The notes: generated by a model not told the origin, from the letters alone. A stretch of 61,755 nucleotides of DNA, filler included, from Sphacelaria rigidula (GCA_964200075.2; 6 parts of 6 records of this genome joined end to end with filler, not necessarily neighbours in it), one strand, 5' to 3'; positions 13,028-27,110 are shown, counted from the whole stretch's first letter. Numbers and translations are program-made.

Positions 13028-14153
13028 CTGCATAACGATTTTTTTCGATGATGTGACGCTCAAAACCTGCGTCTGTGCATAGATGATGATGACCAGAGTG
13101 CGACTGCATACCTCAACCGCCAGTTAAACGAATACATAATATCCAAACGCCGGTGTGCACATATTCATAAGAGTCCACTCTGTGTACATTTTCTAGCACC
13201 TGCAAAGACGACCCTTGAGGTTCCCGTGTGCGATCACGAACACGAGCGCTTCCACACACAAGGTGGGACCGCCGCTTGGGAGTCTTATGAACGGGTCTCT
13301 TTTTTATCCCGAGACCTCCGAATGTTTTTTTGGGGGGGGGGAATCCGTCTCCGAATAAATGTGAGAGCAAATTTCTTGACCTGGCCAGGCAAATGATCAA
13401 TTTGAGACTGACGACAGATTTTTCCTAAATCTGGCATCGGAATCTTTTTCCAGCAATATCTTTGGGAAAAGGAGGGAAAATTACAGTTTTTCGGAAAATA
13501 TTAAATATATACAAGAAAAAAAACTGCTGATTACGCCCATTCGATGCTTATCTTACGGATTTTTCGACAGGAAAAGGGACTATGGCACGTACCTTCTGCT
13601 GCGTAAATATCAAATATCATCTCGTGCTCACAGTGCTGCAGCCGAAAAATGAATAAGCACTAATTTTGCGCTAAGTATGACCACAGCTAGACAAGAGTGG
13701 ATACTGCTCCTCGGTGGCAAATGAAGCATATATACATTTTAGTCCGTAAGGGACATCCCACATTGTCGAATGACTCCGCACATGGACAAATTTTGTTCAG
13801 GTCGTTTCAACGGCAAAATTTGTAGCGTCACGTGCTTTGATTAAGTCGACGCTGGAAAAAATAATCCCAAGGAGGGGTGGTACCCTCCATAGTACACGAT
13901 GCGAAGGTGTTCAACCTGGAGGGCGCTCCCTGCGCAGTGGCCCCCGGAGTGATCTCTGGCCTTGCGCGGCATTTTTTTTCACCGGATTCTTCTACATTTC
14001 GGGCCTTAATGAACACCGTTTCAAGAGTAGTAACAGCAGGTTATCGATAGTTGAGGGACCTGTCTGTGTCAAAAATACGAAAACTATCCCAAGCATGTCC
14101 ATATAACAAAAACAACAACAACAACAACAACAGTAGCAAGGCCGTTGACTCAC

Positions 14154-14273
14154 CTGACTTGCCCAGGTCGCCTGGTATACTCTCCTTCCCTTCCCCTTGG
14201 ACACCTCTTGGCTGGGGTCCCCGGTCGCCTTCTTACTCTCTTCGGCAGCATCACTTGGAAGCTGCCCTTCAAT
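14154..14273 (-). CDS. ABCG transporter exon (IEGQLPSDAAEESKKATGDPSQEVSKGKGRRVYQATWASQ)
   Basis: tag|ATT ... CAG|gtgagt, 120 nt, phase 0-0; YQATWASQ matches the ABCG 'Y.aswwtQ' linker motif. Confidence 0.85.
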
Positions 14274-17269
14274 CTACAAATATATGGCGGTGACAACCAC
14301 AACATAAATGGTTACGCACGTCCATCCCGAGGGTGATAGTCTGATATTTCATTGTGCAATACGACGTTCAAAATAAAAGGATGATATATATGTGCACTTT
14401 CCTCCACACTTACGCGCGAGACAGCAGAATATCAGTCTGTCCAGCGCACTAACAGTCGCTTTATTTGATCTGTAAAAAACAATGCATTTCTATATATGTT
14501 CCGTTCTGTCGCGCGCTTGACACACATACACACACGGCAAAACTCATGCACCGATAACGACCGGTCCACTAATCTGCACTACGCAGGTCTGTTTGTCATC
14601 AATAAGCTGCGCTTTGTTAACACAAGCGATATCTTTGGGGGCACGCCACGAACCATTCCCGCTGACGATGAAAGCGTGATTGAAAAGCTGGAGGGTGCCG
14701 ATAACCAAAGATATACAATTCCACGATTTTCTTGGGTTGCGCTCGAGGGAGACGAATCAAGTAGAGAACCCCAAAACAGCGTGTCCTCGTTTGCGAGTCA
14801 TTCAAAAATTCAGTTTTCCCAACCAGCACATAGAACCGGTTCCGTTGGAAGTACTGTAACACGACAAAAACAAATCTGACTGTGTTGCGCGCATCGAATC
14901 CCGTAGCCAATCGCGAGACATGGACGATTGAAGTTAACACTTGTGACAATTTGACTGCTGCACAACCACGCTGAACTGTGACATGATTTTAGTATACACA
15001 ACGTGAGACCAACTGTGGATACCACATATGTATGAGCGTAATCAACATCCAAATACACATGTAAGCCGGAGAAACAGTCTCAGGAACGGGGTCCGCCAGT
15101 GACACACATGAGCGGACCCAAGACGTTCAAACCCGTGAAACTGGATCTTGGGCAACCTAGGCAAACAGAATCTCCGGTACAAGAGCCCAAAGCAACGGGG
15201 CCACTGCATGAACCCTGGCAGAATGTAGCCGGTACTACCGTGCAACCTCGTTCACTGCTTCTCTTTGCCTACCATCGGTCACGGCCAAATCCTTGCCTAA
15301 ATGACAAGAGAGAGCATTACGCTTCGCTCTGTGGATCGTTCGGCAGCAGGGTACGACAACGTTCTTCTTCGGAACCCGTAACTCTACTGTCTCACCCCTA
15401 GCGAAGCATAGTTCACACTACTGTTCGTTTTCGAATCGTACACATTGCAGTACAAGCTGTCCGTACGACCCATACACGCCATCACTTGCTGGAAAATATG
15501 CCACAATTCACAGAACAGTTTTTCTCCCACAAAACAACAAGTGGATAAGCTATGCCGAAAACGCCTGTGAACCTGCGAGAGACAAGTATGGTGAACAAAG
15601 GGGCAACACTCAATGCCAGAGTTGTATTTGTCATAGCAATTTTCGTACCTGCTCATCTCATCCCCACCGTCAGTTTGCGGAATATTATACAGCATGTGCT
15701 CAATGTTGGGCGAGAAAAATCCTGTGAAACGCTTTGAACCTCATGAGAGAGGCTAAAAACAGCGAAAAATCAAACATAATCTCGACACTAACAGCAATGA
15801 TCCTATCGCGGATGCGTTTCGCGCATCCGCCTCATCTCCACAACTCGTTTGCGCGGTAATTTGTTCCATAAGTCTCACTTTTGGCGAAAAACTGCCAAAA
15901 CCATTCATTTTCGGCGAAACATCCGACGCTTTCAGAGAGGGTCTACGAAGCGTACGACTAACGCGCTCACTGCACCGTGCACAAATTATATTCTCGTGTA
16001 CTTTCAAATTTTCGCCGACGTGTTTGTAGAACTCCGCCCTGCAGGGCGCCGCGTTTTCATGTTCGGGTCATACTTTTTCATTTTCTCTCCTACATTCTGA
16101 GTTTTTTGCGCCACGCCTTTATGATCGCGGGTGCTAGATCTCTGGAAATGGGCTAATGTGAGGAGCAACAACTATTTTTATACGAATATCTCATTTTGGT
16201 GCCCTACACCATGCCTCACTGTGGTCGTACCACACACCATACGTGTACGTTCCAGAATTATCGATTTCAATAACAACATCATTGACGCGATGCCGACATC
16301 CAAGTCACCCTGTTCACATATACGCAGGCGTATCCATCACGGGTCGCTGGTAGAGAGGACTACAGAGGTAAACAAATCACAACATATATGACCGCCCGAT
16401 AGAAGACAGAATGATAACTCAGAATTGGGAGGATACATACATTAACCATGGCTGTTCATCATACTGGAGAGCAGCATCCCTGCTCCTCTCCTACAGAGTG
16501 GACAAACAGAAACCGAACAATCGAGATAACATACTCACGGCGTCCACCCATCATCCTCGCAGACCCGCGATCCATCAACAGCAGTAAACACGCCTTCTAC
16601 ACGTTGTTCCCACTACAAACGCGTACCTAAGTTAGGTAACAACGGTGGTCAGAGTCCACAGTACCTTAATTCATTTTTTTTTTCCTCAGCCTTTCCTGTT
16701 TTCTTACCTCGATCTTACCTCCGTAGCCATCTTGATCGAACTCATTTTCACTAATTACGGCCATTTTGTGCCCCGAGCTTTTTTTAAAATAGTGCTCAAA
16801 ATTGAACGAGATATGGACAGAGTTTTGTGTGTATCACCGCAGTAGGTATGCAAGACACGCCCAACCCATCATAGTTTCGGTTCGTCGATACTGGCCGTGT
16901 AGGGGGCGTGTTTGCCGTGCTTTCAAGACAAATGTTCGACACGGTACATACTCCCAACAACTTTATCAGCCCTTACAAGGGCCAACGGCTGTTGGAACAT
17001 GATCCACACGGCACGAGATGATACAACATGTGCCTCATCAAGGGTGGGGTCTTTTCGTTTGGTTCGTCCGCCAGAAAAAACTCAAGCGGTCTGTCTACTA
17101 CGAGAAGAACTGAGGGGGCCAAAGCCACGGCATGTATTACATACAAAGCGGGGCTTAAAAAGAGCTATTGACGCTATGACCTTCGGTGCCTGAAGGGGCA
17201 AGCTGTCAGTGTAAAGCCTACGACGGGGGTTAAAAAACGGCCGCAAAAGATTTCCCCAAACGATTTTTT

Positions 17270-18513
17270 TGTCAGGGTTCTCGGCTCGTCAACGAAGAGG
17301 GCGACCTCAAGCAAGAAATCAACAATCAGAGCAGAGCAGCGTGGGAGTGCATCAGGAAGTTCTCACGGGAGCTCTTTGACCGACCGGAACCACCGTGGAG
17401 ACTCAAGGTCCGACTGCTGAAAGCGGGAGCGATGGAAGCCCTACTATACGGATACATGACGTGGGCCCCGCGCCGCGAACAATACGACAGGAAGGTACAC
17501 TACCGGCTCCTCCTGCGAGTCATCGGGTACCGCCGAGTGCGCGGCACATACCGACAGCTTTCGTATGCACAGGCCTTGAAGAAGACCGGATGCCAAAGTG
17601 CCAAGGCCATCGTCCGGCAATGACGACTGTTGTTCGCGGGAGCGCTGGCTAGACAACCCGACGGACGACTACCGAAGCGAAAAGCTTTCGGAACACTAGC
17701 CGCGGGGGAGGATCCAGGACCAGGGTGCTCGGAAAAAAACTGGCTGAAGTACCTGAGGGACGATCTCCACGCTTTCCGAGCCACACACGGCTCTACGGAC
17801 GACAACCGCCAGACATTCGGAATTGACCGCGTCCTGGAGGGGGGGCTGTCTTGGCACGCGGGAGTGCTGCAGGGAGCGGAGAGGTTCATGACCTCATGGC
17901 ACAGAAATGAAGAAGAGGCTAGCCGATTGCGTGCGATTGGACTGGAGACCAAAGAAGCCAACATAACACAGCAATGACGATGGTCCAGAGAAGGGGGGGT
18001 TGGGGGGTGAACCCCCCGATGAGGGGTGTCGTTATGTCATTCGGTGCCTGTCTTGATACACCTGGTATGCTTGTACATATGGCTGTCCCTCGAGAGGTCG
18101 AAAGATGGGACCTTGCGATTCTTAGTTTTTGGTTGGTGGATTTTGGGGCCTTGAGCTTCGCCCGTAGTCGGACCCTATGTTCATTTCTACTTGGCCTCGC
18201 GCGTCGAGCTGAAAAGGCGGGTGCCACCCCATTAAGTCCGAATGGTCACCTGCGGCACCGGATTTTCTGAGATTAGCCATATTCATTCTCTTTCTCCTTT
18301 ATTAGTTATTCCTGTTTTGCTTGTATCGTGTTTTGTGAGGTTTGTCCTGGGTCTATTTTGTTCCTCGTTTGGTTTTATTTGATTTCATCATGCCTTACTA
18401 TAGGTAGCTAGCCTGTGACCACGGAAGGGAAGGCCTCCGCATCAGATACCCAGTACGAATGTACCGCACAGATATCGGAACGATTTTAAATGTGAAGACA
18501 ACAACAACAACAA

Positions 18514-18556
<43 letters not shown>

Positions 18557-18557
18557 A
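17270..18557 (+). mobile_element. 5'-truncated RTE-clade LINE (end of ORF2, 3' UTR and (ACA)n/(ACGACA)n tail)
   Basis: Frameshifted peptides KVRLLKA..MEALLYGYMTW, RLLFAGALARQPDGRLPKR and NWLKYLRDDL are typical of the RTE RT C-terminus; microsatellite tail at 18498-18557; lies in an ABCG intron, antisense. Confidence 0.85.
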
Positions 18558-19085
18558 AGTGTTCGTCCAGGACAATACTCCCATGATCAACACTCGCTAC
18601 TCGTGGGCCAGATTTATCACACTTATTATCGCAAGGCACAAGGAAACATGTTGATCAGCACTACCGTTACGACTTCCAATGACTGACAGTCCGAAGAGAT
18701 TGTGCACAACGTTTGTCGTTAGCATTGATTTCAGTACAAAGAGAAAAAACAAATAAATCAACGTACAATATTCCCCACCTCTGTACGCTTTGTTGGCTTG
18801 GTGTGCGTGAAAATTATATTCGGCGTGTTTGGAATGTTGGGGGGGGGGGGTGCATTACCACGACGCCACAACCGAACGAAGGACGTTATATTCTCACTAC
18901 ATACTCGACAACACTTCTAATTGGATCTGTGTTGAACAGAGCATTCTGTTGAGGACTCACTTAAATAATTACACTTTGACCTGTGGGTGTCATCTGCGCT
19001 GGCCTACGCCTGATGAAGTAGGGAAAAGTACCGTCCTAATTCTAGGGGCAAGAGCCCAACATTTGTACACATTCACCATACGCAC

Positions 19086-19167
19086 CTCTTGCAGAGCTTC
19101 GGAACGGCGGAAGGCGTTTGCCGCATCCATAATTCGTCGCTCGGATTCTTGCGGGGAAGAGGGATCC
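19086..19167 (-). CDS. ABCG transporter exon (R|DPSSPQESERRIMDAANAFRRSEALQE)
   Basis: cag|G ... GAG|gtgcgt, phase 2-0, compatible with both neighbouring exons. Confidence 0.8.
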
Positions 19168-19799
19168 CTGACACGCGCGACAAGAACGGCGACCCAAGAT
19201 AACAAAAAATGAAAAATATAAATCATCGTTTCACAACCGAGTGCGATCTACTTCGTTTCGAGATAAGGATAGTACGAAGATATATTTTTCAACTCGTACG
19301 TAGAAATCGTGGCCCTGACAAAAAAAACGATGTCTGAACACTCCACGAAGAACGAGTGTATAGACACGGGGAGGCATCAGAATCAACTCGCTGTTGTTAG
19401 TTAGATTCCCTGTAACGTCGTAGGGGTGATACTTGCAGGAGGTCACCTGGCAACTTTGTCCTGTTCGTGGTCTCAGATGGTCACCGAATAGCGTCAAGTA
19501 TATTTTACAAATGACATCAATAAGAATAAACAAACAATAACAGTATTGACGATGACTGCCAAAGACTTGGAACCCTCGGGGAAAGGAACTACCCCTCCCA
19601 AGTAGAATCGCATGATGCGAAGTACGCAGTGAGCAGAGGACATGAAGTGGGTATAGATACCCCAGCCTGCATAGACGACGAAAGTGGGGATAGATATTTC
19701 ATCTCGATCTCCCTCACCCGCATAACAAATGGTGAATAGATTCCCGATGCACCCATTCCCGCAACATATTCCAGTCAACAACGTAAGAAGCAATAGTAG

Positions 19800-19915
19800 T
19801 GATGGTACTGGAAAGGCCAGCTTACGTTTGTGACCACGGGTTCGAGAGATCGTGCTAATGTGCGGAAATAATAAGAGAAGTGATACCAATGATGGTAGTG
19901 ATAATAATTGTTCAT
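19800..19915 (+). repeat. Short LINE/SINE-like 3'-end fragment
   Basis: accacgggttcgagagatcgtgctaatgtgcg followed by a simple-repeat tail; related copy at 59080-59200. Confidence 0.5.
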
Positions 19916-20190
19916 AAAACGCGGAATATGCGAAGAATCCACACTGCAGATACCTAAATTCCTACAAAACAGCACATAAAACAGAAACGAAACAGACAGA
20001 AATCGTATCCGATCTCGGCCGAAGGATCACGGTCGTACGCACAATGAGTGTAGCGGATCCAAAAACACCCAACTGTACCGAAAAAATATTCGACAGCACA
20101 ACAGGCATTGTGAAAAAAAAAAAACGATCCTACGCAGCGAATCCAAAACCGCCATACTTCGATCGCGAAAAAGCTGCACACCAGATTTAC

Positions 20191-20345
20191 CTGCTCATGA
20201 CCCGGATGTAGTGATCGGCAGGGTTGTAAAAGTCGGGACACGGGTATCCCATGCCTTCAAAGTGCGACCTCGCTTCATCCAACGCCCCGCAGTACACGGT
20301 CTTGCCCTCTGCAAGCAGGTGCAGGTTGCTGAAGAGGCTGAACAC
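20191..20345 (-). CDS. ABCG transporter exon, C-terminal part of the NBD (VFSLFSNLHLLAEGKTVYCGALDEARSHFEGMGYPCPDFYNPADHYIRVMS)
   Basis: Hallmark ABCG 'LFD.L.LL..G..VY.G......F...G..CP...NPAD' motif; cag|GTG ... AG|gtaaat; upstream exons are lost at the contig end. Confidence 0.93.
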
Positions 20346-20520
20346 CTGAGAGTACAAACAAACAACATCGACCGGGAGAATCGTATCCATACGGAGAAAT
20401 AAAACGACAACATCGCCCGATAGAACTCCACGAACTAGTTTGTCCAAGAGCTTCGTGCACATGCACGGTTAGGACGAATCATCACAACTACGAATCACCA
20501 AATCCACAATTTCTTCGGCC

Positions 20521-20620
20521 NNNNNNNNNNNNNNNNNNNNNNNNNNNNNNNNNNNNNNNNNNNNTTAATTAATTAANNNNNNNNNNNNNNNNNNNNNNNN
20601 NNNNNNNNNNNNNNNNNNNN
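20521..20620. other. Assembly linker between contigs 2 and 3
   Basis: N44-TTAATTAATTAA-N44. Confidence 0.99.
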
Positions 20621-23098
20621 GCGTTCGAGGTATGTAGGAGGCACCTCATTATTCGCGTCAACCATTTTTTCCGACCAGTTGGTAAAGAGGCCTCGTCCGG
20701 CGGGCAGTAACTGGGGTCCGAAAAAACAATCCACGGGAGAGGATCGCCTGTAAACGGGCTGAGATGCTCATATTTGCACAAACACGGTTTGATTTCCATA
20801 CAGGTACGAGACGGTCTACAACTTGATTATGAAACAACGATAAATACGGCTTGACAGTCCCCTGTTCTCCCAGCGTGCGCAACACGCGTGTTTGTTCAAA
20901 TCGGTCGATATGAGGTCTACAAACGCCACACTTTGCCTACGGACCCCTTGGAACCCCTGTGCACTTCCCCTGCACGGAGGCGACCAACAGAAATGTCCGT
21001 CTGCAATGGTTGGTACTACAATTTTTTCTCCGAACTTTTTTAGCCTGAAATCAAGTAAAATCGAATGCCAATCATTGTTTACGGACATTTCTTCAGGTCT
21101 ACTGGAGGCCTGCCTTAGGGTTCTTGGAGACGGAGAACATTTCACGTACGTTATTGGAGATGTTGACAAGTGCAGTTATTCAAAAATTCAAACTTTGAAT
21201 ATCTAAAGGTTGATATTTCCCCCCCGGGACGAGGGTCAAGAGGAGGGGACTCCTAGTTTCCGGTTCATTGGACCCCTTGGTGGAACGGTTAACTGGTCGC
21301 AGGTCACTATGATACAGTAGTAGTAGTAGTCCGAATCAAGACTGGGCGAATCTCATTTTGTTCCTCTCAAGAATGTGGAATTTGTTACTAATTTGAAAAT
21401 GTGAAAAAAAAGTAAGAATTCAAACCAAGCTGCCGCCCGTCTTCCCCGGTCGCCCCAAGCTTGAAATCTCAACCTCCGTGACTGACCCACCGTATTTGTT
21501 TGAATCGACCGGTCTACAGTTGCCTTTACACCAGCCTCGGTTGTTCACATTCGTACCCGTTCCACAAACCGCAGATCCCGCTACGCTCCGATCTTTCACG
21601 AATGAGTCACTTTGGTGACTTTTCGCATATCCAACGTTCATCACAATGAACGTTTGATCCCAAAATTTGGGGATCGGGAAAATCATATCTACTCTGAATA
21701 TTGAACAACGTATGGGGTGACTGGTTCTCGGGGGTCCTGCGACCACACGGCCCCAGGTTCCATTTCTTTCGGTATTTCTGCTCGACTGAGTCAATTGCGA
21801 TCGTTCTCGTGAACAAATAAAAAATCATTTTGATCCCCTCAAGTTCAACCCTATTCATTGCGCTATAATAGAGCCGAAAAACTGGGTCCTTTGCTCGAAT
21901 GACGGCCAATAACATCCCCCTGATGACGAGGTCTGTGACGCCAGCCAGAAGAACTGGTGGATCACTGCTGTTAAGGGACTCCCTAGTCTCATCGGCCTCA
22001 GTTTCAGTTGTCAGCCTTTACAACATTTCATCATATCCGGAGTGCCCTTGCAGGCACAGCCTCCTAGACCGGCAGGGTATCATCCCCGTGTCCCCGGTCA
22101 TTATCCAGAATATCACTACCAACTCAACGTAACGGCGTAATTTCGTCACAGGTCTCGACTCCGTATCACCCCCACGACACCAAGTTCGGGATTATGTCCT
22201 GCGCATGACCTGTCTATTTTTTCAGTATCTTTTGACTGTGGCACTTTATAGTGCTGAGGAAGATGACATGCAAGATAACTAAAAAATACCCAATTGCACA
22301 AGTCGCTCAGTTTGCATTTGGACTGCCAAACACATTTAGGGTGTGCTTGTACTGCTGAGCACGACTGTCCTCTGGATGATGACAGCCCAACCAAAGTGGA
22401 AAAATCCAGAGGAAACTCCGTGCGATTGTGCGCACCTACCTATCTGCCTGCGCACAACACCCATATATATACATACAAGGTGGGGTAAATAATAAAGAAA
22501 AACTCCGGTGTTGAGCTTCCTATGTGACCCCGGCTGGTGCGCCCACATATACCGAAAGGTGTATACCGGCGTCCAGAAAAGGTAGGACAGCGAGTGTTTC
22601 CTGAAGGAAGGAAAGCAGCGGAGTGAGAGAGAGGTGGAGATATTTTTTCTGACTCAAGTGCTTCATTTCGGAACAACATACAAAGTCTCCAGCGGGGAAG
22701 TCAAGGCGGACGTATACTCGAGAGTAAAGGCGAAGTAGATACCCAAACCGGTTTATACACGAATATTTTCTTCACCTTGCAAAAAAATAAATAATCCAAA
22801 CCCCTTGTTGAAAAAAACAGATATTCGACCCACTTTTATGGCAACGAATATCATTTTTTTGGGGCCCCCGATTTTGAAAAATTCGGGGGGACTCACATTT
22901 GTGGACTCAAAATCGGGGTGACCGTTTTGTGGTACAGACAGTACAGTATCACAGATTTGTGAAACGGTTCCGTACACAGACGGTAATTTTCTGCATGAGT
23001 GTGGCACTGCGTACTGGTGCATGAAGCCTCAGAGCAGGCAGGCGGTAAACGATCCTTCGAGTGCGTTCAGTGTCGTACCTTGGTACTCTAGGGTAACA

Positions 23099-23625
23099 CT
23101 TCCTGTCCCATAAAAAAAGGTACCTAAATTTCTACGGGCCCTTACCGATGTCCTTTTTTTTTTTTTCATGAACTCAACGGTGTTTTTTGGGTCGAGAAAA
23201 TGTGTTTGAAAATTGCAGCTCGTGCTTGAACCATGCCGCCGAACGGCTGAAGAAAAAGTAGTCGGCCCCCAAATGGCCGTTTTTTGCCCTTTTCGAGGGG
23301 GAAAAAAGGATCGTTTTTTCTTCTTTTTAAATCGCCCCCGCTTTCACTGGTGCTTGCTGCCAGGAAGTCCCACGCGATTGAAAAAAATTCAAGAAAAAAA
23401 TCGTCATTTTTTTTCCCCTCGGAAGGGAGCGAAAAACGGCCATTTTCGGGCCGACTACTTTTTTTGCAGCCATTCGGCGGCATGATTCAAGCACGAGCTG
23501 CAAAATTTAAACACATTTTCTCAACCCAAAAAACACCGTCGAGTTCATTAAAAAACAAACAAACGATCGGACATCGCTAAGGGCCTATACAAATGTAGGT
23601 ACCTTTACTTATGGGACAGAGGAAG
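23099..23625. mobile_element. Stowaway-like fold-back MITE with ~240-bp imperfect arms
   Basis: Termini CTTCCT(CT)GTCCCATAA / TTATGGGACAGAGGAAG, flanked by CA on the left and TA on the right; the arms are reverse complements almost to the centre. Confidence 0.85.
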
Positions 23626-24029
23626 TATAGTGCAAGAGACTACATCAGTACAGTACATGACATGATAATGCCGTATGGTAGTACATGATGGCACAGGCGG
23701 TATTGCGAGAACAGAGAACAAAGAGTGCGCGAGCAGAGTTCAGTAGTGCAGTGTCGCACATCACCCCTCAAGTACAGCGACAACAGCTAGGAGAGTACAG
23801 TAGGGTTCATTATAGTGATACATATGGCACCGCAGCGCAGCACAAGATATTGCCATCGCCGTAGGGTACGGCGTCAGCACTTACTATCCACTTGTCAAAC
23901 CCCGTGAGAAGTAGCTTCAGCAGATGGGGCGGGCAGGAGACGCGCCCTGCGGTGTCACGAGACTGTCTTCTACTGTCATTGCAAAAATACCAAACGCCTC
24001 TTACTCTGGCATTGTACGTCAATGCACGC

Positions 24030-24570
24030 ACGTCACCTCAAAAAAGTTGGGGGGAGTCACGATCTCGGAACGGTTTACTCCGATTTTTTTGAAGAAATTG
24101 GGGGAAACCGTTGCGAGATCGTATCTCCCTGAGTTTTTCGCACCCGATTTGGTCCAAGTCCGTTTCCCTCGATGCGGAAAAAAATCGAGATTCGTGCCTG
24201 CTATGAAAGGGGGTCTTACTGTCTCCCCCATGTTCAAAAAACAATATTTCAAACCCCTTGTTCGAAAGTTGTCCTTGGTGTCAGAAGTTCCGACATGGAG
24301 CCCTGAATGCAACTATTGTCGATACTTCCATCAAAATTGGAGCCGTCTTCGTGGCACACCAAACATACTTCAATCAGCAAGGACAATGTTCCGCCCCGCC
24401 CGAATTCGACCCCCGCTTCTCTGTCTGTCACGGCGGATATGGCGATTACAGTACGAGTACAGTGTTGTGATTCTTCGCTGCTTGCTGAGACCGACAAGTG
24501 CAAAACTGAAGAAAAACGGCTCCAGAACGCATCAGTGGAGTTGGAAAGGCTCGGCGCCAAAAAACGATGG
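24030..24570. repeat. Probable non-autonomous element with an internal ~80-nt hairpin (24050-24130)
   Basis: gggagtcacgatctcggaacggttt / aaaccgttgcgagatcgtatctccc; shares the aaaccccttgtt motif with 22740-22930. Confidence 0.4.
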
Positions 24571-26116
24571 TTGAAAATATACTCGGTTCGAGTGTTGGAT
24601 CTTGAGAGGGTTTCCGGTTTCAAGCACTCGCCCACGGTGAGCGCAGCGTGAACAGCGAACAGGACGCGTAGAAGTACTAATACGCAACGATAGGAGCCCA
24701 AAACAAATAAAAACAATTTGGATGAATTAACACCTTGCCCGGAACATCCTCGGCACGCTGCTTCTTTGTCCGACTTTTCTCGGTCTGTGAGCTTGGGTTT
24801 GGGTTAGCGTTGGCGTTTCACATTTCGATCAAGAGAGAATACATATCAATCACCGGTTTGGCCATCGGACTGGGGGTAAACCCGCCGCGCCCGTGCCAAT
24901 CTCCTTTCAGTGCAACAAATAACGGAGGGTGCTGATTTTTTTCAAGCATGTACTCGTTCAGATGTCTTGCCCACTTAGCATGAGCATGCCAAAAAGAATG
25001 CTGGGCGGATGGGAGTGATAAAAAAGATTAGCAGAATTTCGACATTCCACTTGTCGCGGGGCGACGTTACACGTATTATGTGTGGAAGTATTAGTATGGG
25101 CGAGGTATGAGGGCTGAATGAGGCGATTATTGGGGCGCCTCCGTGGCGAAACAGTCGGCCGTATTCAACGGGCTTTGGCTGCATTGTCTAATCCTTTGAC
25201 CGCGAGGGTAGGTCACATGGCCATCATTTTGCAAGAGGAATTTATGCAAACTCAACAAATGACAAATACTCGCAGTCAAGGGATTAACTTTGAATGTTGT
25301 TACGTGTCCATGTAATAACTGCGAGATGCGGGGTACAACAGGCAGTAACTCACGGCTGCTGGGGAAAATGTCTGATAATCAAAAGGGGTATATTCGGGTC
25401 AGGCCTTGTAAGAGCAGGTCAGGGTGGCTGCTGTATCCACGCACGGTCCCCAGCATTTGAATTTAAATGTATTGCATTCACGGCACATGTCAATAGCAAC
25501 CGCGGACTAACTGGGATAAGCCTTCGAACACTGCCCGCCTCCCAGCCCTCAGCCCTCCAAAACAGTGAGCCTTGCTCCGCAGAACAGTACATTTTTCACT
25601 AGTAAATGCGCCGCAAACCACGCGCAACTCACTGGAAATCTCGGCGCCCACATGGCCACGCAAAGGTATCCAGCTAGAATCATGAGCAAAATGCAACACA
25701 CAGGCGAACAAAATCCTGTTCCACAGACAGAGCCCCCCTACACAAGGGCAGTAAAGCAAAACGAATATTGATGATGTCTCGTGTATATCCCAACAACGTT
25801 CATGATGATCTTTGATACCAAGTGTACTACGTATTATACTTGTATTACCTGTGCCCGTCGATATCTAACGGCGACTTCCAGGTGTGTACACTGTGCTGTT
25901 GTCTGCACGACATGATATGTCTCGCACTTTGTGATCCAGCAATAGAGGCGGTGTGAAAACACTGGTTCAGGAAAGAGCTTCCTCCGAGGAAACGAAGACA
26001 ACGCACGAAGCTAGGAAGAGCTTCGGAACGCGTTCAGCACCCAACAAACCCAAACAACAAGATTTCCCCCTCCGTCCCTTGCTCACGATCATATCCAACC
26101 CCCACATCCTACATAC

Positions 26117-26347
26117 CTGAGGATCAGAAGCATCTAGTGTGGCCGAGGGCAACACCCCCGGCCTGCCGCCAGTACAGCACGATGGACCGTTGTTATTCAG
26201 CATCAGAGAAGGCTCCGAATTAGTCTTTGCAAGTGAGGAAGGCTCATTACCGCTGAGCACTGGAGATGGCACCACCGCTGTTGCTGCCGTTACCACGACT
26301 TTTTTTGATCGCCCATCGATAGTAGTCTGCTCTTCACACGCCGCCAT
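26117..26347 (-). CDS. First coding exon of an unidentified gene (MAACEEQTTIDGRSKKVVV...ATLDASDPQ)
   Basis: ATG at 26347, 77 codons, strong donor CAG|gtatgt; a candidate micro-exon follows at 25633-25673 (LDTFAWPCGRRDF, tag| ... |gtgagt). Confidence 0.55.
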
Positions 26348-27110
26348 AGCCTCCTGCGTCTCCTCCGACCTAAGGCCTCGCGGTGTTTACACAAGGCTAC
26401 TGTACTGTATACATTGCATACTGTATAGATCTTCATTTCAAATGGTAGTACCCTGTATACTCAGTGCGGGTATCAGCGTTTTGAATAATCAACCTCCCAC
26501 ATATTAAACTTATGGATACCCATCCTATGGGTACGTACCCCCCCCCAGCTTCAGGTCTCTTTCGCGAGCGTTCAGGTCAAATTAGGCAATAGGTAGGGGT
26601 CGTATTGTCGAGGAGAGGTGGACGACGAAAGGATACGGTGGGAGGCTGGCTGGCTGGCTGGCTGGTTGATTGTATCAGGACACGTGGAGTGCGATTCGAG
26701 GCGAAGGAGGTGTAAAGAGGACGTTAAAAAAAAAAGCAAGGCACCAACCACCAACTGTTCGGTTTTGTAAATAGCCTCCCCCTCTCGGTCGAGTTTTTGT
26801 GTGTGCGTGTGTTGTGTGTGTTCCTGTGTGGGAGTTTCTGTGCCCGCTAGAAAGAGCACAGAGACGCCCCAAAATCCGCCCTTTTTTTTCAAAATTCACG
26901 TTGCGGCTCACGGAACAGGCACGCACACACACAGACACACAAAGAGAGGGAAGACATTGTCTCTTTGTTTGTCTTGCCCTCTCTCCGGCCCTCTCTCTCT
27001 GGCCCCTTTTCTGCCTTCATCTCTCCGTCTCTGCCCCCGCTTGACGGCCCCGAATCTGGCGCCATCACACCCCCCGAACTCTGGACGGCAACCACCCTTC
27101 TTCAAATAGC
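26348..27110. promoter_or_regulatory. Putative bidirectional promoter / 5' UTR region between divergent genes
   Basis: No TE recognised in the 763 bp between the two ATGs; CT/CA microsatellites are oriented toward each gene. Confidence 0.45.

Noticed and set aside
23166-23580. Paired similar ORFs on opposite strands
   Set aside because: A consequence of the palindromic MITE; not coding
20345-26347. Exon 26117-26347 as the N-terminus of the ABCG gene
   Set aside because: It is on a different contig, and no Walker A/B or signature exons lie between the two
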